NCBI GenBank assembly: GCA_002269645.1
Contig: NIVC01000029.1
Coordinates: forward strand, 992,001-1,056,000
Reading direction: 5' to 3'
Length of the DNA: 64,000 nt
DNA from: Macrostomum lignano
Taxonomy: Eukaryota
Below the pieces are notes generated by a model that was given only the letters and a program-made list of their open reading frames with translations, searched no databases and was not told the DNA's origin. The translations under genes and the position numbers were made by a program. Below, one piece after another: positions 28,500-40,955 of the stretch (positions are counted from its first letter, which is position 1; every line of letters starts with the position of its first letter).

Positions 28500-29111
28500 G
28501 ACACCGCAGTGTCTGGCACCGAAGTGTCTGGCATCGAAGTGTCTGGCACCAAAGTGTCTGGCACCGAAGTGTCTGGCACCGAAGTGTCTGGCACCAAAGT
28601 GTCTGGCACCGAAGTGTCTGGCACCGCAGTGTCTGGCACCGAAGTGTCTGGCACCGAAGTGTCTTGGGCTAAAGTGTCTGGCATCGAAGTGTCTGGCATC
28701 GAAGTGTCTGGCACCGAAGTGTCTGGGGCTAAAGTGACTCGACACCGAAGTGTCTGGCGCCAAAGTGTCTGGCGCCGAAGTGTCTGGCACCGAAGTGTCT
28801 GGCGCCGAAGTGTCTGGCACCGAAGTGTCTGGCACCGCAGTGTCTGGCATCGAAGTGTCTGGCATCGAAGTGTCTGGCGCCGAAGTGTCTGGCATCGAAG
28901 TGTCTGGCATCGAAGTGTCTGGCATCGAAGCGTCTTGCAACGAAGTGTCTGGCATCGAAGTGTCTGGCATCGAAGTGTCTGGCATCGAAGTGTCTGGCAT
29001 CGAAGTGTGGCATCGAAGCGTCTTGCAACGAAGTGTCTGGCATCGAAGTGTCTGGCATCGAAGTGTCTGGCATCGAAGTGTCTGGCACCGAAGTGTCTGG
29101 CACCGAAGTGT
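28500..29111. repeat. 15-bp minisatellite (CACCGAAGTGTCTGG)n
   Basis: Visible tandem units; source of the PDTSV and SGTEV pseudo-ORFs. Confidence 0.95.
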
Positions 29112-29717
29112 CCGGTATTCTTCTATACTTATACGAGTTTCTATTGTGTCAGTGTTAAAGTATGCATATAACGGATTATAGTTGTAGCAATACCGTTATT
29201 TGTGCCTCGTTTATCCTAATTAGTTCTTACAGCTCTACTTAAAACCAAAGGTAACTAATCCAGTAATCCTTAGGAGGTCTAACTGCTGGTTGAGTTACCA
29301 AGGACTTGGAGAAACAACAGTGCATTAAATTATTGCCAGCAACAAAGTGGACTACAATAATGATTACAGCTTGAAGCTTGTATGAAGCTTATTCAAGCTA
29401 GCCCTTCTGCTGGAAAAACGAAGTCAAATATGGCCAAGTGCAAATGTTGTACAGTCTTTGTACTTGTATTGATGCTGAAAATCCAAATCAAGATAAATCT
29501 CTCATTGTTTAATAATGGTCACTTAATGCCCGTCGGTTTATGTTATTTATAACTAAAGATTCACTTTACAAGATGGTATAAATAGTATAATTTGTTTGAT
29601 TTAGTAAGTTTATTCTGGTTATCTGTGTCTGCGTAAGATTGGATGGAAGTTTAGCAAAGCAATTTTGGTGTGTGAATTTACTAAACGCGTTCTCTCATAG
29701 ATAGTAGTTGCAGCGCC

Positions 29718-30327
29718 TTGGGGCTTTAGCACCAAGGGGCTTTAGCACCAAGGGGCTTTAGCACCAAGGGGCTTTAGCACCAAGGGGCTTTAGCACCAAG
29801 GGGCTTTAGCACCAAGGGGCTTTAGCACCAAGGGGCTTTAGCACCAAGGGGCTTTAGCACCAAGGGGCTTTAGCACCAAGGGGCTTTAGCACCAAGGGGC
29901 TTTAGCACCAAGGGGCTTTAGCACCAAGGGGCTTTAGCACCAAGGGGCTTTAGCACCAAGGGGCTTTAGCACCAAGGGGCTTTAGCACCAAGGGGCTTTA
30001 GCACCAAGGGGCTTTAGCACCAAGGGGCTTTAGCACCAAGGGGCTTTAGCACCAAGGGGCTTTAGCACCAAGGGGCTTTAGCACCAAGGGGCTTTAGCAC
30101 CAAGGGGCTTTAGCACCAAGGGGCTTTAGCACCAAGGGGCTTTAGCACCAAGGGGCTTTAGCACCAAGGGGCTTTAGCACCAAGTTGCTTAAGCACCAAG
30201 GGGCTTTAGCACCAAGGGGCTTTAGCACCAAGAGGCTTTAGCACCAAGGGGCTTTAGCACCAAGAGGCTTTAGCACCAAGGGGCTTTAGCACCAAGGGGC
30301 TTTAGCACCAAGGGGCTTTAGCACCAA
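29718..30327. repeat. 16-bp minisatellite (AGCACCAAGGGGCTTT)n
   Basis: About 38 near-perfect units. Confidence 0.95.
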
Positions 30328-30788
30328 TGCAAAATGCACTAAATGCAAAATTCTAAAAATGCTTGGCAACTTTTCTGAGAACTGTAAAATCACACGAAAT
30401 CAAATAAGCACAACTATAAAGATATTTCCAATCGGCCGAGTATGGCGAGCTTGCGGTTTCTAGAATTAGTAAGGCTTACTTTAAATAGCAGTAGAAGTTA
30501 TCTTTAACAGTTACCGTCTGCAGCCCTTCACAATACTTCTTAGTGTAATTTTTAGCTTTTGACCGGAATTAATAAATTATAATCTACTTATATATAAATA
30601 AAGTTACTATCTGTGCAAGCATTGGCAACTAAATTTACTGATTTCATCAATGAACACGTTGCACCAGTTTCACGGTTTTGAATATATCTAGAAAAGCGCT
30701 GCCGAACAAAAATAACAACAATTTAATATTCTCTCACTCAGTTCTCGGAACTTCATCAGTCGAAAAACATTGTTAGCTAGGATTGAAT

Positions 30789-33700
30789 ATGAATCGACTT
30801 ATATCGTTCTCATGGATCTGGGTGACTGCATTGGTCATAACATATCTTGGATCAGTGAGTTGTCAAAGATGTAAGTACATGTGTATAAGCTGCAGTGGTG
30901 TTGGTGTCTAAAACTGTTTCAATAATACGATTAACAAGGACAGTAGGAACCCTGTCGCAGCGCCTTCGGTGACATCGTCCCACAAGGACAATTTTGCACA
31001 TTATGCTGACTCCTAAGCACATACAAGTGCCCCAATACTCTGTACGCAGACACAGCACTCATACACGCTGCCACAGGGTGTACAGCGGTCCTCTGACTTT
31101 CTAATCGTCAGACATGTACAGTCTCTGTGCCTTGGGGGGTTGGCCCTTGTGGGTCTGAATCTTCGTGAGCAAGCCCCAAATGAATGTGAATGTGCAGGCG
31201 ACAGAGTCAGACGAGTTTACCACTGAGCGGCTCTTACTATACTATACTGTGTTTTGCCGTGTCTAAAGTGACATTTGCAACATTTCAGGCCGAATTGAAG
31301 TCAGGAAAGGCTCCATTGAAAGCTCCTGGCAGTCGTCGATTTTGAATAATAATAGGCAGGCATATTGCTTTTACAAGCGGCTCGTTGGTGGTGACCAAGT
31401 CGGCAGCTACAAATATTTGCACACAGAGGAGGGCAAAAACGGAAATGATGCGGGAGCCGATGCAGGGTTTCACTGGTTTGTGATAAAGCTAAAGAAGCCT
31501 GAACTAATCAGCTCTGTGAATGTCAAAGTCAGAAGTGAGTCTTGCTTATAAAATTTGTGAATAAACTTTCAAATCAGGCTTTTTAACGTTTTTATTTTAT
31601 CAATGTTTTAACAGGCTTAAGCCAGACAGAACTTACGAATTTTGGAGACAATTTAAACGCTCGAGCCGCAGACATTGAGATCTGGACGTCTCAGGCGGAC
31701 CTGGATTTCGGGTCGGAGCACTGCAACTCAAAGAGCATCAGCTCTGTGTATGATAATGCAGTGAGCGGGACATGGGAGTTTTGCGGCAAAACGCCAAACG
31801 CTCATGGAGAAACACTGACAGTTCCTTGTATCAGGGATCAGGTAACGATTTTTTTGCGTGAAGTTTAAATTAAGTAGAAATGATTCAACTTTATCCATTA
31901 AATTATGGGCAAAATATAGAATAATTTAGAATTTATTAAGTTTTCAGTTTGGTAGAGGGGGTGGTAGCCTGGTGGTTTGCGTCAGACTCTCAACTGGAAG
32001 GTTGGGGGTTCGATTCCCGATCGCACTGGAACTATTTGTGTCCTTGAGCAAGACCCTTAACTCTGCATTGCTTCAGCTGTAAAATGGGTGCCAGCATTAG
32101 CTGGGGTAATTGAGGTTGTGTGAGCGACTCCCCAGTCCTTGGACTGAACAGCCGTACGCAGCCTTCAGATGCACCGCGCAAATAGCTGCGGCTGAGCTGT
32201 CGGTTGCACATCTGGCCCAAATGGGGTAGGTGTTAGTCTAGGCAAAAACTGAGTCAAGTCATGTTTGCAAGCGAAGGAGAATACCATTGAAAGATCTCTA
32301 CCGAAGTGACGAAAGTTACTTCGATTTATTTGACTACATAACACGAAACCACGTACATTAGTAGACAAACGCCATCCGATTGGCTGGGGGTTAAAACCAT
32401 GCACACTGGCAAGCACAAATGTACACAGGTAGGGGTAAAACGATAGCGCGCAAGAATGATCAGTCACGGGAGGGAGAGAGAGAGAGAGAGAGAGAGACAG
32501 TGAAACAACATGAAAAAACCAAAGTACAACCCCAACACTGCTCCCTCCAAAAGCAGAAAAACAAAAAACAAAAGAAAGCAAGATCTGTCCTTAGACCTTA
32601 TAACAAACAGGTTTACGAGGCCGCAAATCATACGAGCTTTGGGGCTGGAGAGTCTCATCTCCAGAACTCAGCGGGGAGTCACAGTCAGTCACCTCAGGTT
32701 CACGCAGCTCCGAGTCAGAGCCAGCCTTGGCACCCTGAATCGATAGCCCAGCCTGATCCTCGGATCCAGCCGCCTCGGTCAGCCGCCGATCGGCCTCCGC
32801 CTCCGGGCGGCAGCTCCATTGGTTTGCGTGCGCCATCCGCAGTCCACCGTCTGGTAGGTCAGCTGAGGTCACCAGAGCTGTGTTCCGGCCGTGCTGCACG
32901 ATGAACTTGGCCGGAACCGGAGCCGTGCCAGGCCGAGCCCTCAGCCAGATGGAGTCACCCACCTGCTCGGTCATCGTCAGCGGATGGCGCAGCCGGCGTC
33001 CCCACATGAGAATGTCCGGCGAGCTGGATCGATTCCCGCTAGGCCTGCTGGTGCGAATGGTTAGGAGCAATTTCTGCAGGAACTGGTCAAATGGGACCAC
33101 TTTCGTCCACGTCTTCAGCCCGCCTTTGAGACTCCTCACCAACCGCTCAGCCTGCCCGTTCGATGCCGGATGGTACGGTGGGGTGTGCATCTCCTGGCAG
33201 CCCGACACTGTTCAGCCACTGCGAGACTCCTTCCGACCTGAACTCAGGCGCATTATCCGACACTAGCGTCCGAGGCACTTCATTTCTGGCGAACACCGCT
33301 CTCAGCACTCTCAGCACACTGCCCGCAGACCTGTCTGGGACCTGGACAGCTTCGGGCCAACCCGAGTATGCATCAGACAGCAACAGCAGCAAGCCCACTC
33401 CTGGCACCTCACAGTGGTCCATGTGGACCCGGGACCACGGCTCGCTCTCGGATGGCCAATTTGGTCAATTTTCCGCTGAACCACCGGCCGTCTTTCAGCG
33501 CACAGCTGACACCGCTCAACAAACTGACGGACATCGCGATCCAGTCCAGGCCACCAGAACTCCTTAGACACATGGGCCTTCGTATTTTCCGCGCTCGGGT
33601 GCACCTCATCATGCGCGGTCTCCAAAATGCGCCGCCGGAGAATGGTCGGAAGCACCACCCTGGTACCGTGGATGACCAGCCCGTTCTCCACAGACAACGC

Positions 33701-36700
33701 TTCCCGACACGCTTTGTACGGCCGCTCCAGCTGAGAGACCTGACCCCACCGGCCTGTCCTGATTCTCTGCTGGAGTCTTTGAAGCAGTGAACACCGGGAA
33801 GTACTTTCTCTCAGCTCCTCCACGGTAACCAAGCCTCCGTCAGTGATCAACTCAGTCTGGTGAACAGACTCCGTCTCAGGATCGAGGTTTTCAAAGCTCA
33901 GCCTTGATAGAGCGTCAGCATCCTGCATCTTCTTTCCCGGCACATATTCAATCTCGTAATCATAAGCCGATAGCCGCAGAGCCCACCGGGTTAGTCTGGC
34001 AGAAACAGTCTTTGGAAGATTCTTGCAAGGATTCAGAATAAACTTCAAAGGCTCGTGATCGGTCTGCAGAATGAATTTCTTCCCTAGCAACATTTTCCGA
34101 GCTCGTTCAACCGCCCAAACAATAGCCAGCGCTTCTCTCTCGATGTTTGAGTAATTGGTTTCTGCCTGTGAGAGCGCCCTGGACATGAACATGACGGGAT
34201 GTCCAGACTGGACCAGCACCGCGCCCAAGGACTTCTCGCTCGCATCAACTCGAAGACAGACAGGCGCGGAAACATCAAACGGCTTGATGCACGGGTTTGA
34301 GGCCAGACTCCTTTTGACCTCCGAAAATGCCGCCTCAGCCACCGCGTTCCATTTAAAGACCCGGTCACCGCGGCGAAGCTCCTGAAGAGGCCGACATTTC
34401 TCAGAAAAGTTTGGAACCAGCCGTCCATAAAATTGAGCCAGTCCTAGAAATCTCTCCAAATCTTTCTTGGTCTTCGGCACCTCGACATCCATCACACGTT
34501 TCACCATGCCCGGATCGGGTTTTATTCCTTCATCATCAATAATGTGACCAAGAAACTTCAGGCTGTTGGCTTCCATCACGCAATTCGCTTCGTTGATCTT
34601 GACATTTGCGGCCTTTAACTTGTTGAGCACCTGCTCCCTAATTTTCTGCAACTCTGCCCGGCTTGCAGCACCGATCAGCACATCGTCCTGATATACTATG
34701 ACACATGGATGGTCTCCCAGGAGCTTTTCCATCACACGTTGAAAAACAGATGGCGACACCTTAATGCCGTACGGCAACCGGTTAAACCTGTAGCAACCAA
34801 ACGGAGTGTTTATGGTGGTCACCGCCTTCGATTCCTCATCCAGGGGAACCTGATAGTACGCATCCGATAGGTCTAACCGACAGAACAGCTTCTTGTTGGC
34901 CATTTTCGAAAAGGCTGTCTCAATCGAGGGAGTGAGGAAGGTCTGGTCTTGAACCAACCGATTAACAGCCGAATAATCTCCACAAATTCTCACGGATGCC
35001 CGATCTGACTTCACCGTCACCACAATTGGACTGCCCCATTCCGACGACATCACCTTCTCAACGATTCCAGCACTTTCCATCAGGTCCAGCTCCTTCTTAA
35101 CCAAGTGCTTCAGCGCTAAAGGCAGTTCTCTGGCTGCCTGGAAAATTGACCTAGCTCCAGCACAAAGACGGATTTCTCCCGTAGCACCAGATATTCCCAA
35201 CAAGCTCTCATACCTGTTGCTGGCGGCTGACTCATCAGAACTGGCATGGTGCACCGGTGCGAGGACCAGCAGATTCCGGCCGAGCAGCCCAAACTCCTGT
35301 TGGCAGTCGATGACGGGCAGCTCTGCCGCCTTGAAGCGGCCGATGTTGCCAGTGGTCTCCACCAGGCATTCCAGAACGCCCATCTGTCTCATAACGTGTC
35401 CGTCATACGCCAGCATGCGCGACTTCGCCGACTTCAGCGGGGGCCTTCCGAGCTCATTCCAGATCCTTCGTGAGATTAACGAGCAGGAGGCACCGCTGTC
35501 CTTCTCCATCAGTACTTCTCTGTGATTGATTTTCACAGTGCAGAACTCGGCAGGCTTTCCTTCTCCACAGTAGAATACGGGCTCATCACGATAGGAGTCT
35601 TCTGGACTCAGCTGAGTGTGGACTGCTTCAGCTGGGGCAGCGAAGTGGGTCCTGGCACCGCGGCACACACGGGCAAAGTGGCCAGGCTTTCCACATTGAT
35701 TGCAGGTGGCTCTCAGGGCTCGGCAGTCAGCGGGCTTCTGGTGCGATCTCAACCCGCAACGCTGACAGCGCTGGTGTCCGAAGTTCTGCTTCTGCCTCAT
35801 AACCGAATTAACGTTGACAGAGCAGGAGCTATCCGGATGGCAGTGAGCTTCATCAGCCGTAGTCAGACCCGCGGTCGACAGCGACCTAGCCTGGTGCACC
35901 ACCGAATCCACGAGAGTCGAATGAGCAGCAGCCAGGGACCCAGCTGAGAAGCTGCTGACCATCAGTAGCTGCTGAACATATTCTGTGACCTGATCGACCG
36001 TCAGTTCTTGAGTCACTTCACGTTCGAGCACCTTGTTCCTGATGTTCGAGTTGGCCAGACCGGCAATGAGCCGCATCTTGATAAGCGCTTCGGCGGGGTC
36101 CGCTCCTTCCTTTTTCAGGCTCTCGAACTCGCATACGACGGCTTGCTCCCTGAGACGAGCGGCATAGCTGGTGACGGTTTCGCCTTCGGCCTGGCGCATA
36201 GACATGAAGACTGTCCTCTCAGCGATCTGCAGTTTCTTCTTGGGCTCCACAAACGCCAGTAGGCATTGCTTGATTTCAGACCATTTCATCGCAGACGGGG
36301 TTTTTGGAACGGGAGCACGAGAAATGCCCGCAGACGAATTGCCCGCCGAGATTTGCCCGCAGGAGATTTGCCTGTGGAGATTTGCCCGCCGAGCTTTTCC
36401 CGCGGAGATGTGCCCGCAGTGCATTTTGCCCGTGAGCGAATTGCCCGTGGAGATTTGCCCGCCGAGAATTGCCCGCCGAGATTTGCCCGCAGTGCAATTT
36501 GCCCGCGAGTGAATTGCCCGCGAGCGAGTTGCCCGCCGAGTTTTTTCCCGCCGAGGTTTGCCCGCAATGCCTTTTTCCTGCAGCGCATTTGGCAGCTAGA
36601 TTCTGTCTGCATTGCCCCCCCCCCAAAAAAAAATATGCTTTTGATATGCAGTTACTATCAAAACGTTTTGATCGTGTAAATCTCTTTATTGAGATTAACA

Positions 36701-39316
36701 CGTACTAAGCATTGGGAAGGCAATGCAGACAAAATCTGCCGCGTCGCTAAATTCGCTGCAGGAAAAAGGCATTGCGGGCAAACCTCGGCGGGAAAAAACT
36801 CGGCGGGCAACTCGCTCGCGGGCAATTCACTCGCGGGCAAATTGCACTGCGGGCAAATCTCGGCGGGCAATTCTCGGCGGGCAAATCTCCACGGGCAATT
36901 CGCTCACGGGCAAAATGCACTGCGGGCACATCTCCGCGGGAAAAGCTCGGCGGGCAAATCTCCACGGGCAAATCTCCTGCGGGCAAATCTCGGCGGGCAA
37001 TTTGTCTGCGGGCAATTCTCATGGACCCTTTTGGAACAACCAGCTGCTTGACTTTTATAAGCTCAGCGACCCCGAGGCAGCCCATGAAAGCGTCGGTCAG
37101 CGCTCGTCTCTCGTCGGTATCTTCGACTCCTTTGGATCTGGCCTGGGCGTCAAATACTTCAACCCAGGCGCGAAGCTCATCTATGTTGCTTAACGGCAGC
37201 GTCTCTCTCAATTTGATGCTCATGATCCTGCTCGCGACGCCAAAATGTTAGTCTAGGCAAAAACTGAGTCAAGTCATGTTTGCAAGCGAAGGAGAATACC
37301 ATTGAAAGATCTCTACCGAAGTGACGAAAGTTACTTCGATTTATTTGACTACATAACACGAAACCACGTACATTAGTAGACAAACGCCATCCGATTGGCT
37401 GGGGGTTAAAACCATGCACACTGGCAAGCACAAATGTACACAGGTAGGGGTAAAACGATAGCGCGCAAGAATGATCAGTCACGGGAGGGAGAGAGAGAGA
37501 GAGAGAGAGAGACAGTGAAACAACATGAAAAACCAAAGTACAACCCCAACAGTAGGTGTAAATATTTAATTAATTACTTATTATTATTTATCAGGTTCGG
37601 ATAATACTACTTCGAAAATATGTCGCTAATGAAACTGTGCCACAAAGGCAGTGCATGAACTTTGTCGATATGTGGATTGGCCTCCATGGCGTCAAAAGTA
37701 AGTCGCTAAAATTCAAATTTTAAGTTATATTTCCCATCCATTGTACCGCTGTTCGTATCTGATCTCTCCAGCTGTTTTTCAAACTTCAAACGAAGCTTCA
37801 ATTGGAGAAGTGAAACAGAACTCAAGTGTGACAGTGAGCTGCCAATCAAACTGCTCAATAAATACCTCACTGATCACTCTGACTCGCGACGACGAGAATC
37901 GAACTCTTGCAAACGGAAGCCAGGCTTATGAGATTTCGCATGTGCAACCATCGGATGCGGGAAACTACATCTGCAGAGCAGGTGGTGTCGTGTTGAGCTC
38001 CAAGTATCTTCGTGTGCTGTGTGAGTTGTGTAATGTTCCTATTTGACTTATTTAATAACAACTCAAAGACAAAAATATTTCATTCAATTGTTGTGGGCTA
38101 TTCTGAACAGCAAATTTTAAGAATCCCTTAAAATATTGTCAAGGTATCCAACGTACAATGTGCTTTGGCAGAGAGGTACGTACATGTAGTACTGATGTTT
38201 AATAAAGTAGGGTTTGAAAATTTCTATCAATGAATCCATGACAGACAGATAGAAATACACATATGTCGAAGATGATAAATGACTCGTTCTGTGGTTGCTC
38301 CATCTAAGATTAATATCATACAATCTACGTGGTGTCTTCTGAGAATATCAGGTCCTAAACCACATAGTCAGGCTTAACAAATGAGTTTAAAATACTTTGG
38401 GTGTCAGTTTGGAATGCATTGCAACTTTTTGAAAGTATATTTGGTTTAACCATTGGTGTGGAAGTTCAATATGTTGAAATATATTTTGTAGCTAATTTAC
38501 TTTTCATCTACAAACGAATCCGTCAGATCCCCCAGTCGAACAAGAAATCACTGTCGAAGATGAAGCTTGCATCAAAGAACAAGGAAAAGATGTGGCACTT
38601 TCGTTCAGGTCCTCGTTCTCAGTGCCAGCACCTCGGCACGAATGTCATGCACTGAGTCCCATGCTGAAGAGGCTTCAAAGTAACACGGAGTTACAATCGA
38701 AGTCGCTGATATCAAAGTGGGTGTGCGAGAGCTGTTGCAGCTTGGATTGGTTCGCTGTGAATTGCTCAGCTAAGCAATTTGATGAAACTAAACAATCGGA
38801 ACTGTTCGCCTCCAGTGTTTGTCAAAAAATCCGGCCTAGAAAACGTAAGCCCAAATTAACTACGCTCGGAAATCTGTAGAAACTCAAGTTTTGAGCACAA
38901 ATTTCCACATTTCAGCTTCAGGCTCGGTTGAGAAGGGACAACTCATGATTTGGATTCAGTGGACACTCAATTTGATAATTATTGTCTCGATCATTGCACT
39001 ATGTACAGCGCTACTGAGAATTAAGGTAGTACTTCAGATGAGATTTTCTTACTGGCTAGACGCATGATTATGGGACAGGGTAAAGAAGCCCATCACAATG
39101 TGAAAACCGAAACAGCAGATTTGCTCAAGAGAAGTATAATTTGGTGTCACTGCTTCTAATGATGCTCGTTGCAGAAAAGTGCTGGCAGTGTCTGTCTGTA
39201 CACGTTCTGAATTTCAGAGACGACTTGATCTGCTTGAGCCTCCAATGGGTCTCGCTGAAAAGGGTCCTGTAGAAGCTCCTGCTGAGCACAGAACCAGTGT
39301 CTACGTTTATGAATAG
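30789..39316 (+). CDS. Receptor paralog F: SP - F-type-lectin-like - Ig - Cys-rich/FN3-like - TM - short tail (about 477 aa); intron 3 carries the gypsy element
   Basis: Exons 30789-30870, 31289-31534, 31615-31841, 37595-37697, 37772-38020 (Ig: VTVSC...DAGNYIC), 38527-38844, 38916-39025 (TM) and 39218-39316 (...HRTSVYVYE*). Total 1434 nt, open. The end of the tail is uncertain. Confidence 0.8.
32591..37223 (-). CDS. gag-pol polyprotein (Gag with CCHC knuckles, protease, RT, RNase H, integrase); interrupted by a MITE and two integrase frameshifts
   Basis: CQRCGLRSH and CNQCGKPGHFARVC knuckles; DSGAS protease; RLDLSDAYYQ and YQDD (RT); VDAS and NYSNIEREALA (RNase H); HPSAENT..CQLC, MDH, SDN and NGQAER (integrase). 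Frame changes near 33450 and 33205. Confidence 0.9.
36311..37028. mobile_element. Foldback/MULE-like MITE nested in gag, 9-bp TSD
   Basis: TSD TTTTGGAAC at 36302-36310 and 37029-37037. Termini GGGAGCACGAGAA/TTCTCATGGACCC; inverted GCCCG-module arms. Removing it restores ...KQLVVPKTPSAMKW... in Gag. Confidence 0.9.
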
Positions 39317-39491
39317 ACTTTTTGCGTATTCATTTAGAACTTACGATGAACTACATTTATACTATCGAATAGAGTCGGTCCGTGCAGCTGCGTTGTTGGA
39401 TGAATTGACTGGCAGACATGGTATCTTCTGTAACTATTTTTTTCGAACTGCAGAATTTATTCAGAGTGCTTAGCACCTTTAGGGTAGAGTG

Positions 39492-39745
39492 CCCATGCCC
39501 ACCATAAGACAGGGGCACCCACCATAAGACAGGGGCACCCACCATAAGACAGGGGCGCCTCTAAAAGACAGGGGCGCTTCTAAAAGACAGGGGCGCCCAC
39601 CAAAAGACAGGGGCGCCCACCATAAGACAGGGGCAACTCACCATAAGACAGGGGCACTTACCAAGAGACAGGGGCGCCCACCAAGAGCCAGGGGCACCCA
39701 CCAAAAGACAGGGGCGCCCACCATAAGACAGGAGCGCCAACCAAG
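39492..39745. repeat. About 20-bp minisatellite (CCACCATAAGACAGGGGCGC)n
   Basis: About 12 units visible. Confidence 0.9.
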
Positions 39746-40638
39746 CCACTTAATATCGGCTCCTTTTCCTTAATTCAGTGGCCCTGCAATAAAAATAGCT
39801 GCATATGCTACTGTTGGATACTACTGCAGTAGCAATATATGTAGTGCAGCACAAGAGGCGGAACATTTTGTTTCGCAAGGTTATTTGTCATGGAGACGAT
39901 TTTTATTCACAATATTTTAATATTTAAAACATTTGGTGTTTTATACCGAAGCCTTCCCTAGGGACCCATAATGGGTAAATAATGCATTTTTACTGGCCAT
40001 TATAATGACATTGAATGCCACTTAATGGCATTATAATTGCCACTTAATGGCATTATAATTGCCATTATAATGCAAATTCTATATATATAAAATGCATTTA
40101 TAATGTGGTTGCAATTAATTAGAAATAATGCATTTTTAGTCATCTTGCGAGCCATATATACTCGTATATATATGAATACATTGCACTTCGTACCTTCGTT
40201 TAAATCGGCTCATTAAAACCGTACTTAGTTCTATTCTGGTTTGTCTTACCAAACCATGGGCGATGTACACACAATAAGACACACTCAAAATAACACAATT
40301 GGTTAGTTTTATGTATAAGACAGGTCTCAACTAAGTGAGTGAGCCGAAAATGTAATATTTATTACCAAACAAAGAAGCCAAATGTAAAAAAAAAATTTGT
40401 GTCCCCGGAGTTTTACGTAAAAGCAATTAAACATAAAAAACTGCAAAAATGTGACAAAGAATTAGGTGTATCTAAACAAAGCGCACGGCATATGAGAGAA
40501 AACGTAAAACATAACATGTAGGATAAATATAGCTGAGCATTAGGCGCGCATGTTTTGTGAAAAAGGGCTTTTTAGTTTAGAAAAACTAACAAGAAACAAA
40601 GCTTGCTTAAGTACAAGTACTAGATGGTACTGGGTCTA

Positions 40639-40793
40639 CGATGTTAGCCAGCCGGCGTTTGCTAGCCGAAAGTTTGCCAGTTAGTGTCTCTTTCTTGGTC
40701 CCGTCTAATTCCCCAGTCATATTTTCTTCCTGTGTCCTAGCAATAGAGCTTTTAGAATAAGCCTAGCACACACACATCGGCTGGCTAACATCG
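40639..40793. mobile_element. Small MITE-like inverted repeat (16-bp perfect IR CGATGTTAGCCAGCCG)
   Basis: 40639-40654 is the reverse complement of 40778-40793. Confidence 0.5.
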
Positions 40794-40955
40794 ACAAAAG
40801 CTACACAACAATAGCTACCCAGCAGATAAATCAGGAATACGTACCAGAAAAAATTTCATGCAATGATTACATTGACAACCAGGACTACTTACAGAATAGA
40901 AAACGAGACAAGACAATGACCCTGAAAAACTGACGCGCGTTTGAAGTTATCTGAG

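Larger units (their letters stand above)
27280..32230 (+). repeat. Segmental duplication, copy 1 (upstream region + exons 1-3 of F; continues at 37557-38030 after the LTR element)
   Basis: Near-identical to about 57130-62372 and 62373-62850 by direct comparison. Confidence 0.9.
32231..37551 (-). mobile_element. Ty3/gypsy LTR retrotransposon, full length, very recent
   Basis: LTRs 32231-32537 and 37246-37551 (TG...CA) appear to differ only by one A in a homopolymer. 5-bp TSD GTAGG at 32226-32230 and 37552-37556. PBS TGGCGTCGCGAGCAGGAT (tRNA-Ser-like by inference) and PPT GGAGGGAGCAG on the minus strand. Confidence 0.95.

Noticed and set aside
28472-29181. PDTSV and SGTEV repeat proteins (also 58316-60193)
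   Set aside because: 15-bp VNTR open on both strands; length differs freely between the duplicates.
31948-32010. Functional tRNA gene
   Set aside because: A and B boxes are present but I could not fold a cloverleaf, and the sequence continues into a SINE body.
32419-36008. Plus-strand ORFs over the retroelement
   Set aside because: Antisense shadows of the GC-rich gag-pol; no independent motifs.
39338-39470. Extra F tail exon containing TYDEL
   Set aside because: It needs a phase-2 donor that I could not find in exon 8.
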